Of a stretch of DNA of 64,000 bases, positions 20,690 through 29,983 are shown one piece after another. The position numbers and the translations under genes are program-made. The DNA is taken from assembly GCA_963836205.1 (NCBI GenBank), contig CAWIIV010000015.1, positions 384,001 to 448,000 on the forward strand. Direction: 5' to 3'. The first letter of the stretch is position 1. Each line of letters begins with the position of its first letter. The DNA is from an uncultured Acidimicrobiia bacterium. Lineage in GTDB: Bacteria; Actinomycetota; Acidimicrobiia; Acidimicrobiales; AC-14. The notes under the pieces were generated by a model that was not told the DNA's origin, did not search any database, and saw nothing but the letters and a program-made list of their open reading frames with translations.

Positions 20690-21559
20690 GTGACGGCCCT
20701 CGCCTGGGGCCGGCGGTTCCTCATGTGCCCGCCGGTGCACTTCGGCGTCCTCTACGAGATCAACCCGTGGATGCACCGCGAGGTCCGGGTCGACGTCGAC
20801 CGCACCCGGGAGCAGTGGGACGGCCTGGTCGCCAACCTGGAGGCGGCGGGGGCGGAGGTCGAGGTCATGGAGCCCCAGCCCGACCTGCCCGACCTTGTCT
20901 TCACCGCCAACGCCGGCACCCTCAACCACGAGGTCTTCGTCCCCAGCCGCTTCCGCCACCCCGAGCGCCAGCCCGAGGTCCCCCACTTCGTGGACTGGTT
21001 CGAGCAGGCCGGCTATCAGGTGCGCCGGCTCCCGGAGGACGTGTCGCACGAGGGGGCGGGCGACACCCTGCCCTTCCGGGACGTGTTCCTCTCCGGCTAC
21101 CGCTACCGCTCCGACGCCGGCGCCCACGGGCCCCTGTCCCGGCTGATCGGGGCGCCGGTGCGTCCCATCGAGCTGGCCGACCCCCGCTGCTACCACCTCG
21201 ACCTCACCTTCTGTCCCCTCGACGACCGCCGGGCGCTGGTCGCCCGCCACTTCTGGGACGCCTACGGGCGCAAGGTGGTCGACGCCCTGGTGCCCGAGCC
21301 GTTCGCCCTGGAGGACGACGAGGTGCTGGCCTTCTGCGCCAACTCGGTGGTGGTGGGCACCACCGTGATCATGCCGTCGTGCCCGCCCCGGGTCGGCCGC
21401 CAGCTGGAGGCGTGGGGCTTCGACGTGGTCGTGTCGCCGGTGGACGAGTTCCAGAAGGGGGGCGGCGCCTGCCGCTGCCTCACGCTCGCGTTGGATGTCG
21501 CGGTGGGATCGGCGGACCGCGAACGCACCCGTGGGTCCTGGGTCGGAAAGGGGCGCTAG
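20690..21559 (+). CDS. Arginine dihydrolase-like amidinotransferase (pentein fold)
   Basis: 'YEINPWM', 'PDLVFTAN', 'EGAGD', 'YHLDLTFCPL' and 'EFQKGGGACRCLTL'. Confidence 0.88.
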   Translation: MTALAWGRRFLMCPPVHFGVLYEINPWMHREVRVDVDRTREQWDGLVANLEAAGAEVEVMEPQPDLPDLVFTANAGTLNHEVFVPSRFRHPERQPEVPHFVDWFEQAGYQVRRLPEDVSHEGAGDTLPFRDVFLSGYRYRSDAGAHGPLSRLIGAPVRPIELADPRCYHLDLTFCPLDDRRALVARHFWDAYGRKVVDALVPEPFALEDDEVLAFCANSVVVGTTVIMPSCPPRVGRQLEAWGFDVVVSPVDEFQKGGGACRCLTLALDVAVGSADRERTRGSWVGKGR

Positions 21560-21571
21560 GCGCCCCTTTTC
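21546..21571. terminator. Bidirectional intrinsic terminator
   Basis: AAAGGGGCGC-TAG-GCGCCCCTTTT between convergent genes, whose stop codons share the CTAG. Confidence 0.65.
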
Positions 21572-22183
21572 ATACCCAGGAAGGGTGGCGGCGGTGCGTC
21601 CAGCCGGGTCGTCACCTCCACCAGCGACGGGCGGCGGGGTGGCTCGCTGAACCCGAAAAGCAGCGGCGGCGTCAGCGGGCCGACGGAACCCAGGTCGAGG
21701 CCGCCGAGGGTGGCCCGGGCTGCCGTCACCGGCCGGTACCGCGACGCCTGATACCACTCCCGCACGCCGGAGGGGCTCACACCGTAGGCCTCGACGTGCA
21801 GCAAGCGGCGGGCGATCGGTGCCTCCAGGTACCGGGTGAACCACCGCGGCCGGCGGCGTGGGGCAGGGATGGGCCAGCCGCGGCCGGCCTCGAGATGAAG
21901 TTCGAGTCCGAGGTCGGGAGCGTGCAGGTCGAGGCCGTGGCCATCCGCCTGCACGACGAGCGGGGTCACGAGCACCCGGTCGAAGGCGTAGACGGCGGAC
22001 ACGAAGCCGGCCACGGCCTGCGTCGGCGCCGCCAGCCACCGCTCGCCGGTGGAGCGTCGCCCACATGAGGTCGTCCATCGGACCGAGCGGCCCCGACCGC
22101 CAGTGCCCGACCACGAACCGGTCGCCGGAGGCAAAGCCGGCGCTGGCGATCACGCCGACGAGCAAAGGACGCGGACGAGTCAA
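21556..22183 (-). CDS. Conserved hypothetical protein (frameshift near 22055)
   Basis: 'GFASGDRFVVGHW..GPLGPMDDLMWA' continues as 'GERWLAAP...GVREWY' in the adjacent frame. Confidence 0.6.
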
Positions 22184-22223
22184 GGACCCGGACGAGCCAA
22201 GGACGCGGACGAGCCAAGGACGC
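22157..22223. repeat. 17-bp tandem repeat GGACGCGGACGAGCCAA (about 4 copies)
   Basis: Seen directly; minor variants between units. Confidence 0.75.
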
Positions 22224-22448
22224 CTACGAGGACGTGTCGACCCGATCCCGTGCCCGCTGCCGGTTCCTCGATGCCACCCGCCAGATGGCGACCGCGAACG
22301 CCACCGACACGACCGCCAGGGCCACGTGGACCACCTTGAAGGCGGTGTCCCGGGTCTCGTCGCCCAGGATGTTGCGGATCCGGGTGACCCAGATGAACAG
22401 GGTCCAGGCGGCGGCGGACTTCAGGAGGATGGCGTCGCGGCGGCTCAC
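22224..22448 (-). CDS. Small two-TM membrane protein
   Basis: 'AWTLFIWVTRIRNI...FKVVHVALAVVSVAFA'. Confidence 0.75.
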   Translation of the reverse strand: MSRRDAILLKSAAAWTLFIWVTRIRNILGDETRDTAFKVVHVALAVVSVAFAVAIWRVASRNRQRARDRVDTSS

Positions 22449-22525
22449 GCCCCGACCGTACCGAAGCCAGTGCCCGATGGACGACTCCGGGCTACAGTCG
22501 CCCTCCCCGAGCGACGGCGGTGGCG

Positions 22526-24394
22526 ATGTCCGAGAAGCAGCTCGACCAATCCTCCTCCTACGACCTCGGCCCCGATCCGGCCGAGTGCGACATGGTCATG
22601 AAGGGCGGCATCGCCAGCGGGGTCGTCTACCCCGGGGCCGCCTGCCGGCTGGCCGTGAAGTACCGCCTCCGCCGGCTCGGTGGGACGTCGGCCGGCGCCA
22701 TCGCCGCCACCTTCGCCGCCGCCGCCGAGCGGGGCCGAAGCGCCGGCCCCGAGGGCGGGTTCGTGGCCCTCAACGCCATCCCCCAGGAGATCGGCGGCTC
22801 GCTGGCCAAGATGTTCCAGGCGTCCGCCGGCGGTCGACCAGCGTTCACGCTGCTCCTGGCCTGGGTCGACCCCGGCCGGACGACGGTCGGCTTCGTGGGC
22901 CGGGTGATCGGCGCACTGGTCCACCCGTTCTCGTTGCTCTGCGGACTGGTGGTGGCGGCGGTGGTCGCAGCCATCGGCGCGGGCTACACGATGGTCGTGA
23001 GTGACACCGACGCGGTCGGGGGGCTCCTGGCCTGGCTGCCGGCGGCCGTGGTCACCGGGGTGTTGGCAACGGTCGTCGTCGGCGCCATCCGGCTGGTCCG
23101 GGGGACGCTGCGGGCCCTCGACGCCAACGGCTTCGGCCTGTGCGACGGCCACACCACCGATCCCGCCGTCGACCACCCGCCCCTCACCGACTGGATGGCC
23201 GACGCCCTCGACCGCATCGCCGCCATCTCCCCGGCCCCGGCCCGGCCCGCGGGCACGCCGCTGACCTTCGGCGACCTCTGGGGCGAGGCCGCCTCCGCCG
23301 CCTACCGGGAGGCCATGCCCGACATCCACGACGGCGAGGCGTCGACGCTCTCGCTCATCGCCCGGCAGTCCCTGGCCAAGGCCCGCGACGTCGACGTGGT
23401 GGTGCTCACGACCAACCTCTCCCACGGCCGGCCCTACCGCTTCCCCTTCTCCCTCCAGGTCTTCTACTGGTGCCCGACGTGCTTCGCCCAGTACTTCCCC
23501 GAGCGAGTGGTCGACCACCTGCGGGCCACCGGCGCGGTGACCACACCGTCCGACGACCCCGGCGACGGCGACCGCAAGGTGGAGCTGCTCTGCCCTCGGC
23601 ATCCCGGCGTGCGCCTCTGGTACCTGCCGCGGGCGGTCGACCTCCCGGTGGTCATGGCCGCCCGCCTCAGCCTCAGCTTCCCGGGGCTGCTCAGCACCGT
23701 CCCGTTCCACGCCGTCGACTTCGCCACCACCGAGGGCAACGTGAAGGTGAAGACGGCCTGGTTCTCCGACGGCGGGATCGCCAGCAACTTCCCCATCCAC
23801 TTCTTCGACCAGCTGCTGCCCACCCGGCCCACGTTCGGCATCAACCTCACCGACGTCCACCCCGACAGCCCCGACCTCGTCTGGCGGCCTCGGGACGACC
23901 GGGCCTCGGGGCTCCTACCCCCGCACCGGACCATCACGTCCACCTTCGGGTTCGTCGGCGCGCTGGTCGACACCCTGCAGAACTGGGTCGACAACATGCA
24001 GATCACCACCCCCGGGTTCAACAAGCGGGTGGCCAACGTCCGTCAGCGGGAGGACGAGGGCGGCCTGAACCTGAAGATGTCGCCGCAGACGATCACCGAC
24101 CTGTCGGACCGGGGCAAGGCCGCCGCCGCCCTGTTCGACAACTTCGACTTCGACCGCCACCGGGTGGTTCGCTACCGGATCGCCATGGCCGGCCTCGACG
24201 AGGTGTTCGACGCCATGCAGGAGCCCTACCCCGCCTACCGGCCGGTTCTCAAAGCAGGCAAGGTGACGGACAAGCTCCTCGGCACCAGCGACGGATTGAT
24301 GGAGCTGACCGCCACCTGGGGCGAGATCGGGCATCCCGCCCAGGTCGGCGCGCCCAAGCCCCAACCCGAGCTCCGCCTCCTGCCGAGGCAGTAA
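22526..24394 (+). CDS. Patatin-like phospholipase with internal TM segments
   Basis: 'MKGGIASG', nucleophile motif 'GTSAG', and 'FSDGGIASNFP'. Confidence 0.88.
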   Translation: MSEKQLDQSSSYDLGPDPAECDMVMKGGIASGVVYPGAACRLAVKYRLRRLGGTSAGAIAATFAAAAERGRSAGPEGGFVALNAIPQEIGGSLAKMFQASAGGRPAFTLLLAWVDPGRTTVGFVGRVIGALVHPFSLLCGLVVAAVVAAIGAGYTMVVSDTDAVGGLLAWLPAAVVTGVLATVVVGAIRLVRGTLRALDANGFGLCDGHTTDPAVDHPPLTDWMADALDRIAAISPAPARPAGTPLTFGDLWGEAASAAYREAMPDIHDGEASTLSLIARQSLAKARDVDVVVLTTNLSHGRPYRFPFSLQVFYWCPTCFAQYFPERVVDHLRATGAVTTPSDDPGDGDRKVELLCPRHPGVRLWYLPRAVDLPVVMAARLSLSFPGLLSTVPFHAVDFATTEGNVKVKTAWFSDGGIASNFPIHFFDQLLPTRPTFGINLTDVHPDSPDLVWRPRDDRASGLLPPHRTITSTFGFVGALVDTLQNWVDNMQITTPGFNKRVANVRQREDEGGLNLKMSPQTITDLSDRGKAAAALFDNFDFDRHRVVRYRIAMAGLDEVFDAMQEPYPAYRPVLKAGKVTDKLLGTSDGLMELTATWGEIGHPAQVGAPKPQPELRLLPRQ

Positions 24395-24396
24395 CG

Positions 24397-24701
24397 GTGG
24401 AGGCGCCGTTCGAGTCTCTCGGGGGCGTCACCCGCGCTGCCGCCGAGGTGACGAGCTGGTCGGGGCCGGCGGGTGCGGTCACCCGGGGGATGGCGTGGTC
24501 GGCGCTCGCGATCGGCGTCCTCGACGTGGTCGAGAACTGCTGCCTGCTGGCCGAGCTGCGTCACGCCGAGGACCCAGCGACCTGGGCCGGCTGGCGAAGT
24601 CGGCCAAGGGCGCAGCCCAGGTCAAGTTCGCCCTGCTCGGGGTGGGCGGCGGATGGCTGTTCCTGGTCGTTGCCCCCGTTGTCGTCTTCCACCGGGGCTA
24701 G
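24397..24701 (+). CDS. Small membrane protein (frameshift near 24585)
   Basis: 'ALAIGVLDVVENCCLL' then 'QVKFALLGVGGGWLFLV' in the adjacent frame. Confidence 0.45.
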
Positions 24702-24778
24702 AGGCTCCAGCCGGACCAACGGCGGGGTGCCAGCCTCATCCCTGGCCGGTGATCCAGGGCGTCGTCGGTCGTGGCCTC

Positions 24779-25456
24779 CTACCAGAGCGTGGGCTGGGGC
24801 AGCTCGCGGACGAGGCGGGGGACGCCGGGCCACGGGAGGTGGTCCATGAACACCCAGGCCCGGCGGTGGATCGAGGTCGGTCCCCAGGCGGCCAGGGCGG
24901 CCTTGTGGCGGGGGCATGGGTAGCCCTTGTTGAGGTCGAAGTCGTAGCCGGGGAAGTGCTCGGCCTCGGCCCGCATGATGCGGTCGCGGGTGACCTTGGC
25001 CAGCACCGACGCCGTCGCGATCGACAGGCAGGAGGCGTCGCCCCGGACGATGCGGGTGACGTGGCCGCCGCCGACGAAGTCCCACCGGCCGTCGACCAGG
25101 ATGGCGTCGGGCGCAGCCGTCAGCCCGAGTCCCTCGAAGGCCCGGCGGGCGGCCAGCTTCTGGGCGGCCGACATCCCCAGGTCGTCGCACTCCTGCTGGC
25201 TGGCGTGGCCGACGGCCCACGTCTGGCACCACGCCGCAACCTTGGGGAAGAGCCGCTCCCGCTCGGGCTCGGTGAGCATCTTGGAGTCGCGGACCTTGTA
25301 CACCCGCCGGTCGCGGGGGAGCACCGCCGCCCCGACCGAGATCGGTCCCGCCCACGAGCCCCGCCCGACCTCGTCGACGCCCACCACCACCGCGGCCCCG
25401 GAGTCCCACAACGCCCGCTCCACACCCAGGCTGGGCACGGTTCGGGCAGCGGCCAT
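24779..25456 (-). CDS. rnhB: Ribonuclease HII
   Basis: 'GVDEVGRG', 'DSKML', 'LVDG', 'SIATASVLAKVTRD' and 'KGY'. Confidence 0.96.
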   Translation of the reverse strand: MAAARTVPSLGVERALWDSGAAVVVGVDEVGRGSWAGPISVGAAVLPRDRRVYKVRDSKMLTEPERERLFPKVAAWCQTWAVGHASQQECDDLGMSAAQKLAARRAFEGLGLTAAPDAILVDGRWDFVGGGHVTRIVRGDASCLSIATASVLAKVTRDRIMRAEAEHFPGYDFDLNKGYPCPRHKAALAAWGPTSIHRRAWVFMDHLPWPGVPRLVRELPQPTLW

Positions 25457-25518
25457 CGAATGCCGACGGTACTTCGCGACCTGGGATGATGCGAGGACGC
25501 AAAAGCGTTGGAAACGTC

Positions 25519-25776
25519 ATGAAAGGTGATCGAGTAGAGATCGTGATCGACGCGGGCGGCGAGACCCGCACCTACAACGTGGAGGCGACGCGGGCGGGCC
25601 GGAAGGTCGACGTCCGCACCGGGCGGGGATTGGTCGAAGTCACCGAGGTGACCCGGGGCGGCACCCCGGTGCGCACCGCCCGGTTCATGGCCAGCCGGGT
25701 TCTCGCCCTGGTCGAACACCCGGCGTCCCAACGGGCCGAGCCCGACGACCAGAAACCCCTGGCTTCCGTCGCGTGA
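25519..25776 (+). CDS. Small hypothetical protein
   Basis: Clean ORF with typical codon usage, coupled to the next gene (GTGA). Confidence 0.7.
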   Translation: MKGDRVEIVIDAGGETRTYNVEATRAGRKVDVRTGRGLVEVTEVTRGGTPVRTARFMASRVLALVEHPASQRAEPDDQKPLASVA

Positions 25777-26279
25777 CCGGCCACCACCTGGCCCAGTGCA
25801 ACGTCTCACGACTGCTGGCGCCGCTCGACGCGCCGCAGCTGGCCGACTTCGTCGCCGCCCTCGGGCCGGTCAACGCCCTCGCCGACGACGCCCCCGGCTT
25901 CGTGTGGCGGCTACAGGACGACGACGGCGTCGCCACGTCGATCCGGGCCTTCGTCGACGAGTCGGTGATCCTGAACCTGAGCGTCTGGGAGTCGGCCGAG
26001 GCCCTGGCCGACTTCGCCTACCGGTCCGGCCACCGTGACGTCATGCGCCGGCGGCGGGAGTGGTTCGTGCCCATGGACGAGGCCCAGCTCGTCCTGTGGT
26101 GGGTCCCCGCCGGGCATGTTCCCGACGTCGCCGAGGCCAAGGACCGCCTCGAGCTCCTCCGTCGGGTCGGCCCGTCCCCCGCCGCCTTCACGTTGCGCGC
26201 CCTCTACCCGGTCGGCGCCACCGAGCCCGTCTCCCTGGTCCGCCCGCCGGGGAGCGTCACCCTCGGTCGAAACGGCTGA
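25773..26279 (+). CDS. DUF3291 family protein
   Basis: 'HLAQCN', 'VNALADDAPGFVWRLQ', 'NLSVWES' and 'LWWVPAGH'. Confidence 0.9.
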   Translation: MTGHHLAQCNVSRLLAPLDAPQLADFVAALGPVNALADDAPGFVWRLQDDDGVATSIRAFVDESVILNLSVWESAEALADFAYRSGHRDVMRRRREWFVPMDEAQLVLWWVPAGHVPDVAEAKDRLELLRRVGPSPAAFTLRALYPVGATEPVSLVRPPGSVTLGRNG

Positions 26280-27483
26280 CCGTCTCCACGTGGAAGGTGT
26301 GGGGGAAGGCGTCGACCATCGCCACCGACCCCAGGCGATAGCCGGCGGCGGCGAGGAGGGCGACGTCGCGCCCGAGTGACGCGGGGTCGCAGCTCACCAG
26401 CACCAGGCGGGGGGCGCCCAGGGCGGTGAGCGCCGCCACGCCGGGACGGCCGAGTCCGGGACGGGACGGGTCGGCCACCACCACCTCGATGCGGCCTGCC
26501 CGCTTGCCGGTGGGACGCCACCGGCCCACCTCCGACACCACCACCTTGGCGTCGAGATCGGCCAGGTTGACCCGGGCGTCGGCCGCCGCCCCCCGGTCGC
26601 TCTCCACCGCCGTCACCCGCGCCCCCCGGGCCGCACCGAGGGCAGAGGCGAACAGGCCCACGCCGGCGTAGGCGTCGACCAGATGGCCGCCACCGCCGCC
26701 GCCGGCCGGCAGCGACTCGCCCACCGCGTCCGACACCGCGGCCACCAGACCCTCGGCCGCCACCGGGCCCGGTTGGAAGAACGACGCCGCCGACACCCGG
26801 AACCGCCGACCGGCCACGTCCTCGTGGACGAACGCCTGGCGGCCGTCGTCGTGGGTCACGACGACGACGTCCGCCGGCACCCGCACGTCCGCCGCCCCGG
26901 TGCGGACCTGCACCAGCCGTTCCCCCGACGCCACCCCCACCCGCAGCAGCACCTCGCCCGCGCCCGGGAAGCGCCCGTCGACCACCAGTTCCTCGAGCAA
27001 CGGGTCGACGGCCAGGCAGGCGTCGGTGGCGACGGCCCCGGCGGCATCGTCGCTCCCCCGGTGGCGGTGGCCGGCCCGGCCGTCGTCGGTCACCGCCAGG
27101 CGGACGGTGGTGCGCAGGGCCGGCCCGTCGAGGGCCACGATCGAGGGCGTCGGGGGATCGGCCAGGCGCCCGATGCGGCGGAGGGCGTCGACCACGATCC
27201 CGGCCTTGAGGCGGACCTGGGCGTCGGGCGCCACGTGCTGCCACGTGCAGCCGCCGCAGCCGGCGGCGAGGGCCACGCACGGGGGTGACACCCGGTCCGG
27301 CGACGCCTCCAGCACGTCCACCGCCACCGCCCGGGCGAAGTCCTTGCGCTCCTCGGTGAGCCGGACCCGCACCCGCTCCCCCGGCAGGGCCCCGTCCACG
27401 AAGACCACCCGGCCGCCGTCCTCCCGGGCCAGGGCGGCTCCGCCCGCGACCATGCCCGTGGGGACGAGGACGAGGTCGGTCAC
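26257..27483 (-). CDS. TRAM-domain RNA (uracil-5)-methyltransferase (RlmD/TrmA family)
   Basis: 'VFVDGALPGE', 'CGGC.WQH', 'SFFQ', 'DAYAGVGLF', 'DPSRPG', 'VSCDP' and 'DAFPHTFHVE'. Confidence 0.92.
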   Translation of the reverse strand: MTDLVLVPTGMVAGGAALAREDGGRVVFVDGALPGERVRVRLTEERKDFARAVAVDVLEASPDRVSPPCVALAAGCGGCTWQHVAPDAQVRLKAGIVVDALRRIGRLADPPTPSIVALDGPALRTTVRLAVTDDGRAGHRHRGSDDAAGAVATDACLAVDPLLEELVVDGRFPGAGEVLLRVGVASGERLVQVRTGAADVRVPADVVVVTHDDGRQAFVHEDVAGRRFRVSAASFFQPGPVAAEGLVAAVSDAVGESLPAGGGGGGHLVDAYAGVGLFASALGAARGARVTAVESDRGAAADARVNLADLDAKVVVSEVGRWRPTGKRAGRIEVVVADPSRPGLGRPGVAALTALGAPRLVLVSCDPASLGRDVALLAAAGYRLGSVAMVDAFPHTFHVETVSRFDRG

Positions 27484-27962
27484 TCCTCCAGCTTGGACCC
27501 ACCCGGCTCGGGGGGCGACTCGCCGTCGCGCAGCTGCTGCTCCCGGCGCCGGAGCTCGTCCTCCCGGCGCTGCAGGTCGGCCTCCCGCTCCTTGCGGGCC
27601 TGGTCCGCCTCCCGCCGCCGCAGCTGCTCCTCCCGGAGATGGAGCTGGGCCTGCTCCTCGCGCTCCCGCACGATCGGGCTGAGGCCGTCGAGGTCGACAC
27701 CGAAGTTGGGCTGGTCCTCGGGGCCGAGCGGGCGGTTGGGCGGCCGGTACCCGGGATCCCCGATGCGGAACGATGCCTTCTCCGGGCGACCGGCGACGAG
27801 CCAGATGATCGAGCCGACGTCGGGGAGGAAGACCACGATCGCCAGCCACAGCAGCTTGGGCAGGTGGCGGACCCGCGACTCGTCGGTGGTGATCACGTCG
27901 ACGATGCAATAGAGCCAGAGGGCGAGGAGGAACAGGCCCACCGCACCACGAGCAGCCAGCAT
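27480..27962 (-). CDS. PLDc N-terminal domain membrane protein with a coiled-coil tail
   Basis: 'LWLYCIVDVI...VRHLPKLLWLAIVVFLPDVGSIIWLVAGRP'; Arg/Glu-rich tail. Confidence 0.85.
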   Translation of the reverse strand: MLAARGAVGLFLLALWLYCIVDVITTDESRVRHLPKLLWLAIVVFLPDVGSIIWLVAGRPEKASFRIGDPGYRPPNRPLGPEDQPNFGVDLDGLSPIVREREEQAQLHLREEQLRRREADQARKEREADLQRREDELRRREQQLRDGESPPEPGGSKLEE

Positions 27963-28028
27963 GGGACCCCCTCAGGTTCGCCGTCGCCGTGACGCCAGGC
28001 AGGTAGATCGCCCGCCGGGGGCGCTCCG

Positions 28029-29046
28029 TTACAGCAGGCGCACGCCCGGCGGCCCGCTCCACCACCCGGCCGATGGCCACGAACCCGGCCGCGGCCAGTC
28101 CCGGGTCGGCGGCGGCCGACGGGGACACCGAGGCCAGCAGTCCCCCCGAGGTCTGGGGGTCGTAGGCCAGGGCCTCCATGGCCGCCGGTGCCGACGAGAC
28201 CACCCGGTCCTGGAGGTGGACCCGGTTGCGGGCGTCGCCGCCGGTGCGGACGCCGGCCTCGGCCGCGGCCAGGGCGCCGGCGTAGAGGGGCAGGACCGAG
28301 GTGTCGACCTCCAACACCGCACCCGACCGCTCCGCCATCTCCCACGCGTGGCCGAGCAGCCCGAAACCGGTGACGTCGGTGACCGCGTGCGGCGGGTCGA
28401 CCAGGGCGGACAGGGCCTCGGCCGCCCCCCGGTTGAGCCGGCGCATGACGGCGATGGCGGCGGCCTTGTCGTCGGCCCCGCCGCCCGCCAGGAGGATCCC
28501 GGTGCCGACGGGCTTGGAGAGCAGCAGGATGTCGCCGGGACGGGCGCCGGCCTTGGTCCAGATCCGGTCGGGGTGCACCAGGCCCTGCACCGCCAGCCCG
28601 AAGATGGGCTCCTCCGAGCGGATGGTGTGGCCGCCGGCCACCGTCCCCCCGGCCTCGGTGACAACCGCCGCGGCCGCGGCCAGGATGGCCGCCACCGCCT
28701 CCACCGGCATGCGCTCGGGGAAGGCGGAGATGTTGAGGGCGAGCACCACCCGCCCGCCCATGGCGAAGACGTCACTGCACGCGTTGGCGGCGGCGATGGC
28801 CCCGAAGTCGGACGGGTCGTCGACCAGGGGCGGGAAGAAGTCGGTGGTCGACACGAGGGCGGCGTCGTCGGACAGGCGGTAGACGGCGGCGTCGTCGAAG
28901 GGCGCCAGGCCGACGATGAGTGCCGGGTCGGCGCCGTCGGCCGCGGCCAACGCCCGGACCAGGCCGGCGAGCGGCGCCGCCCCCCACTTGGCCGCGCAGC
29001 CGCCGCACGTCGTCCACTCGGTGAGCTTGATGTGGAGTGCGGTCAC
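28029..29046 (-). CDS. selD: Selenide, water dikinase (Cys form; frameshift near 28060)
   Basis: 'CGGCAAK' (TGC codons), 'DDAAVY', 'DFFPPLVDDP', 'GGHT', 'TDVTGFGLLGH' and 'DPQTSGGLL'. Confidence 0.93.
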
Positions 29047-29453
29047 CTCTCCACCCGGGCGATGTTCCCCGCCTCGGACGGGTCGGGGTCGGTGCTGAGG
29101 AAGGCGTCCACGATCTCCTTGGCCACGGTCGGCGAGGTGAGGCGCAGCCCGACTGCGAGCACGTTGGCGTCGTTCCACCGGCGGGCGCCACGGGCCGTCT
29201 CGGCGTCGGTGCACAGGGCGGCGCGCACGCCGGCCACCTTGTTGGCCGCCATCGACACGCCCGTACCGGTCCAGCAGCACACGACGCCGCGGTCGGCCCG
29301 GCCCGCGGCCACCGACGCGCCGACGGTGCGGCCGATGTCAGGCCAGGGCTCGTCCTCCAGTCGCACGACGACCTCGTGACCGCCCTCGGCCAGGAGCCCG
29401 ATGATCTGGTCGGTCAGCGGGGTCCGCTCGTCGGTGCCGAAGGCGATACGCAT
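29043..29453 (-). CDS. RpiB/LacA/LacB family sugar-phosphate isomerase
   Basis: 'CWTGTGVSMAANKVAGVRAA' and 'ARRWNDANVL'. Confidence 0.9.
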   Translation of the reverse strand: MRIAFGTDERTPLTDQIIGLLAEGGHEVVVRLEDEPWPDIGRTVGASVAAGRADRGVVCCWTGTGVSMAANKVAGVRAALCTDAETARGARRWNDANVLAVGLRLTSPTVAKEIVDAFLSTDPDPSEAGNIARVER

Positions 29454-29497
29454 CACGGCGACCATACGGCCATCCGGAGCCCCTTGCGGACCGGTGG

Positions 29498-29866
29498 CTA
29501 CTCCTCGTCCCGGTGGACGAGGTCGGGGGCGAAGGCGGGCAGGCAGACGGCGATGTACTCGGCGCCGTCGGGATCGGGCGTGGAGTACCGGACCCACTCC
29601 CCCGCCGCGACAGCCACCGCCTGGCCCGCGGTCACGTCGAGGTCGTTGCCGTCGGCGCTGGTCACCCGCAGGCGGCCGGCGAGCACCACCGTGAACTCGT
29701 CGAACTCGGGCGTCTGGCCCGGCTCGACCCATCCGCCGGGCGAGCGCATGTGGGCGACGCTGATCGTCGGGTGGCCGCTGTTGACCCGGCCGACGTACTC
29801 GTCGATGACCTTGGGCTTGTTCCCCACCGCCTCGACGCGGGTCGGGGACGGGATCAGGGTGGGCAC
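29498..29866 (-). CDS. Cupin domain protein
   Basis: 'GNKPKVIDEYVGRVN...GWVEPGQTPEFDEFTVVL...GEWVRYSTP'. Confidence 0.85.
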   Translation of the reverse strand: MPTLIPSPTRVEAVGNKPKVIDEYVGRVNSGHPTISVAHMRSPGGWVEPGQTPEFDEFTVVLAGRLRVTSADGNDLDVTAGQAVAVAAGEWVRYSTPDPDGAEYIAVCLPAFAPDLVHRDEE

Positions 29867-29880
29867 GCCGGCGATCGTAG

Positions 29881-29970
29881 GGGCGCGTCGACCCTTCGTT
29901 GTGCAGTTGTGCGGGCTAGACCGACGTAACTGCACAACAAACGCCCGAGGCATCCCCCGTTTGGCGGATG
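29881..29970. repeat. REP-like palindrome between divergent genes
   Basis: GTTGTGCAGTT (29898-29908) pairs with AACTGCACAAC (29928-29938); second hairpin CATCC..GGATG at 29951-29970. Confidence 0.6.
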
Positions 29971-29983
29971 GCCCCGCGTAGCC

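Noticed and set aside
17797-22223. 17-bp tandem repeats (17797-17846 and 22157-22223) as iterons or guide arrays
   Set aside because: Only 3-4 units each, unrelated to each other, located at gene ends, with no rep or nuclease gene nearby; likely slippage repeats.
28990-29010. Selenocysteine in SelD
   Set aside because: Both residues of CGGC are TGC codons; there is no in-frame TGA.
26257-29280. 1007-aa SelD-methyltransferase fusion in the ORF track
   Set aside because: Artefact of a frameshift at the selD 3' end reading through an intervening gene that lies in another frame.
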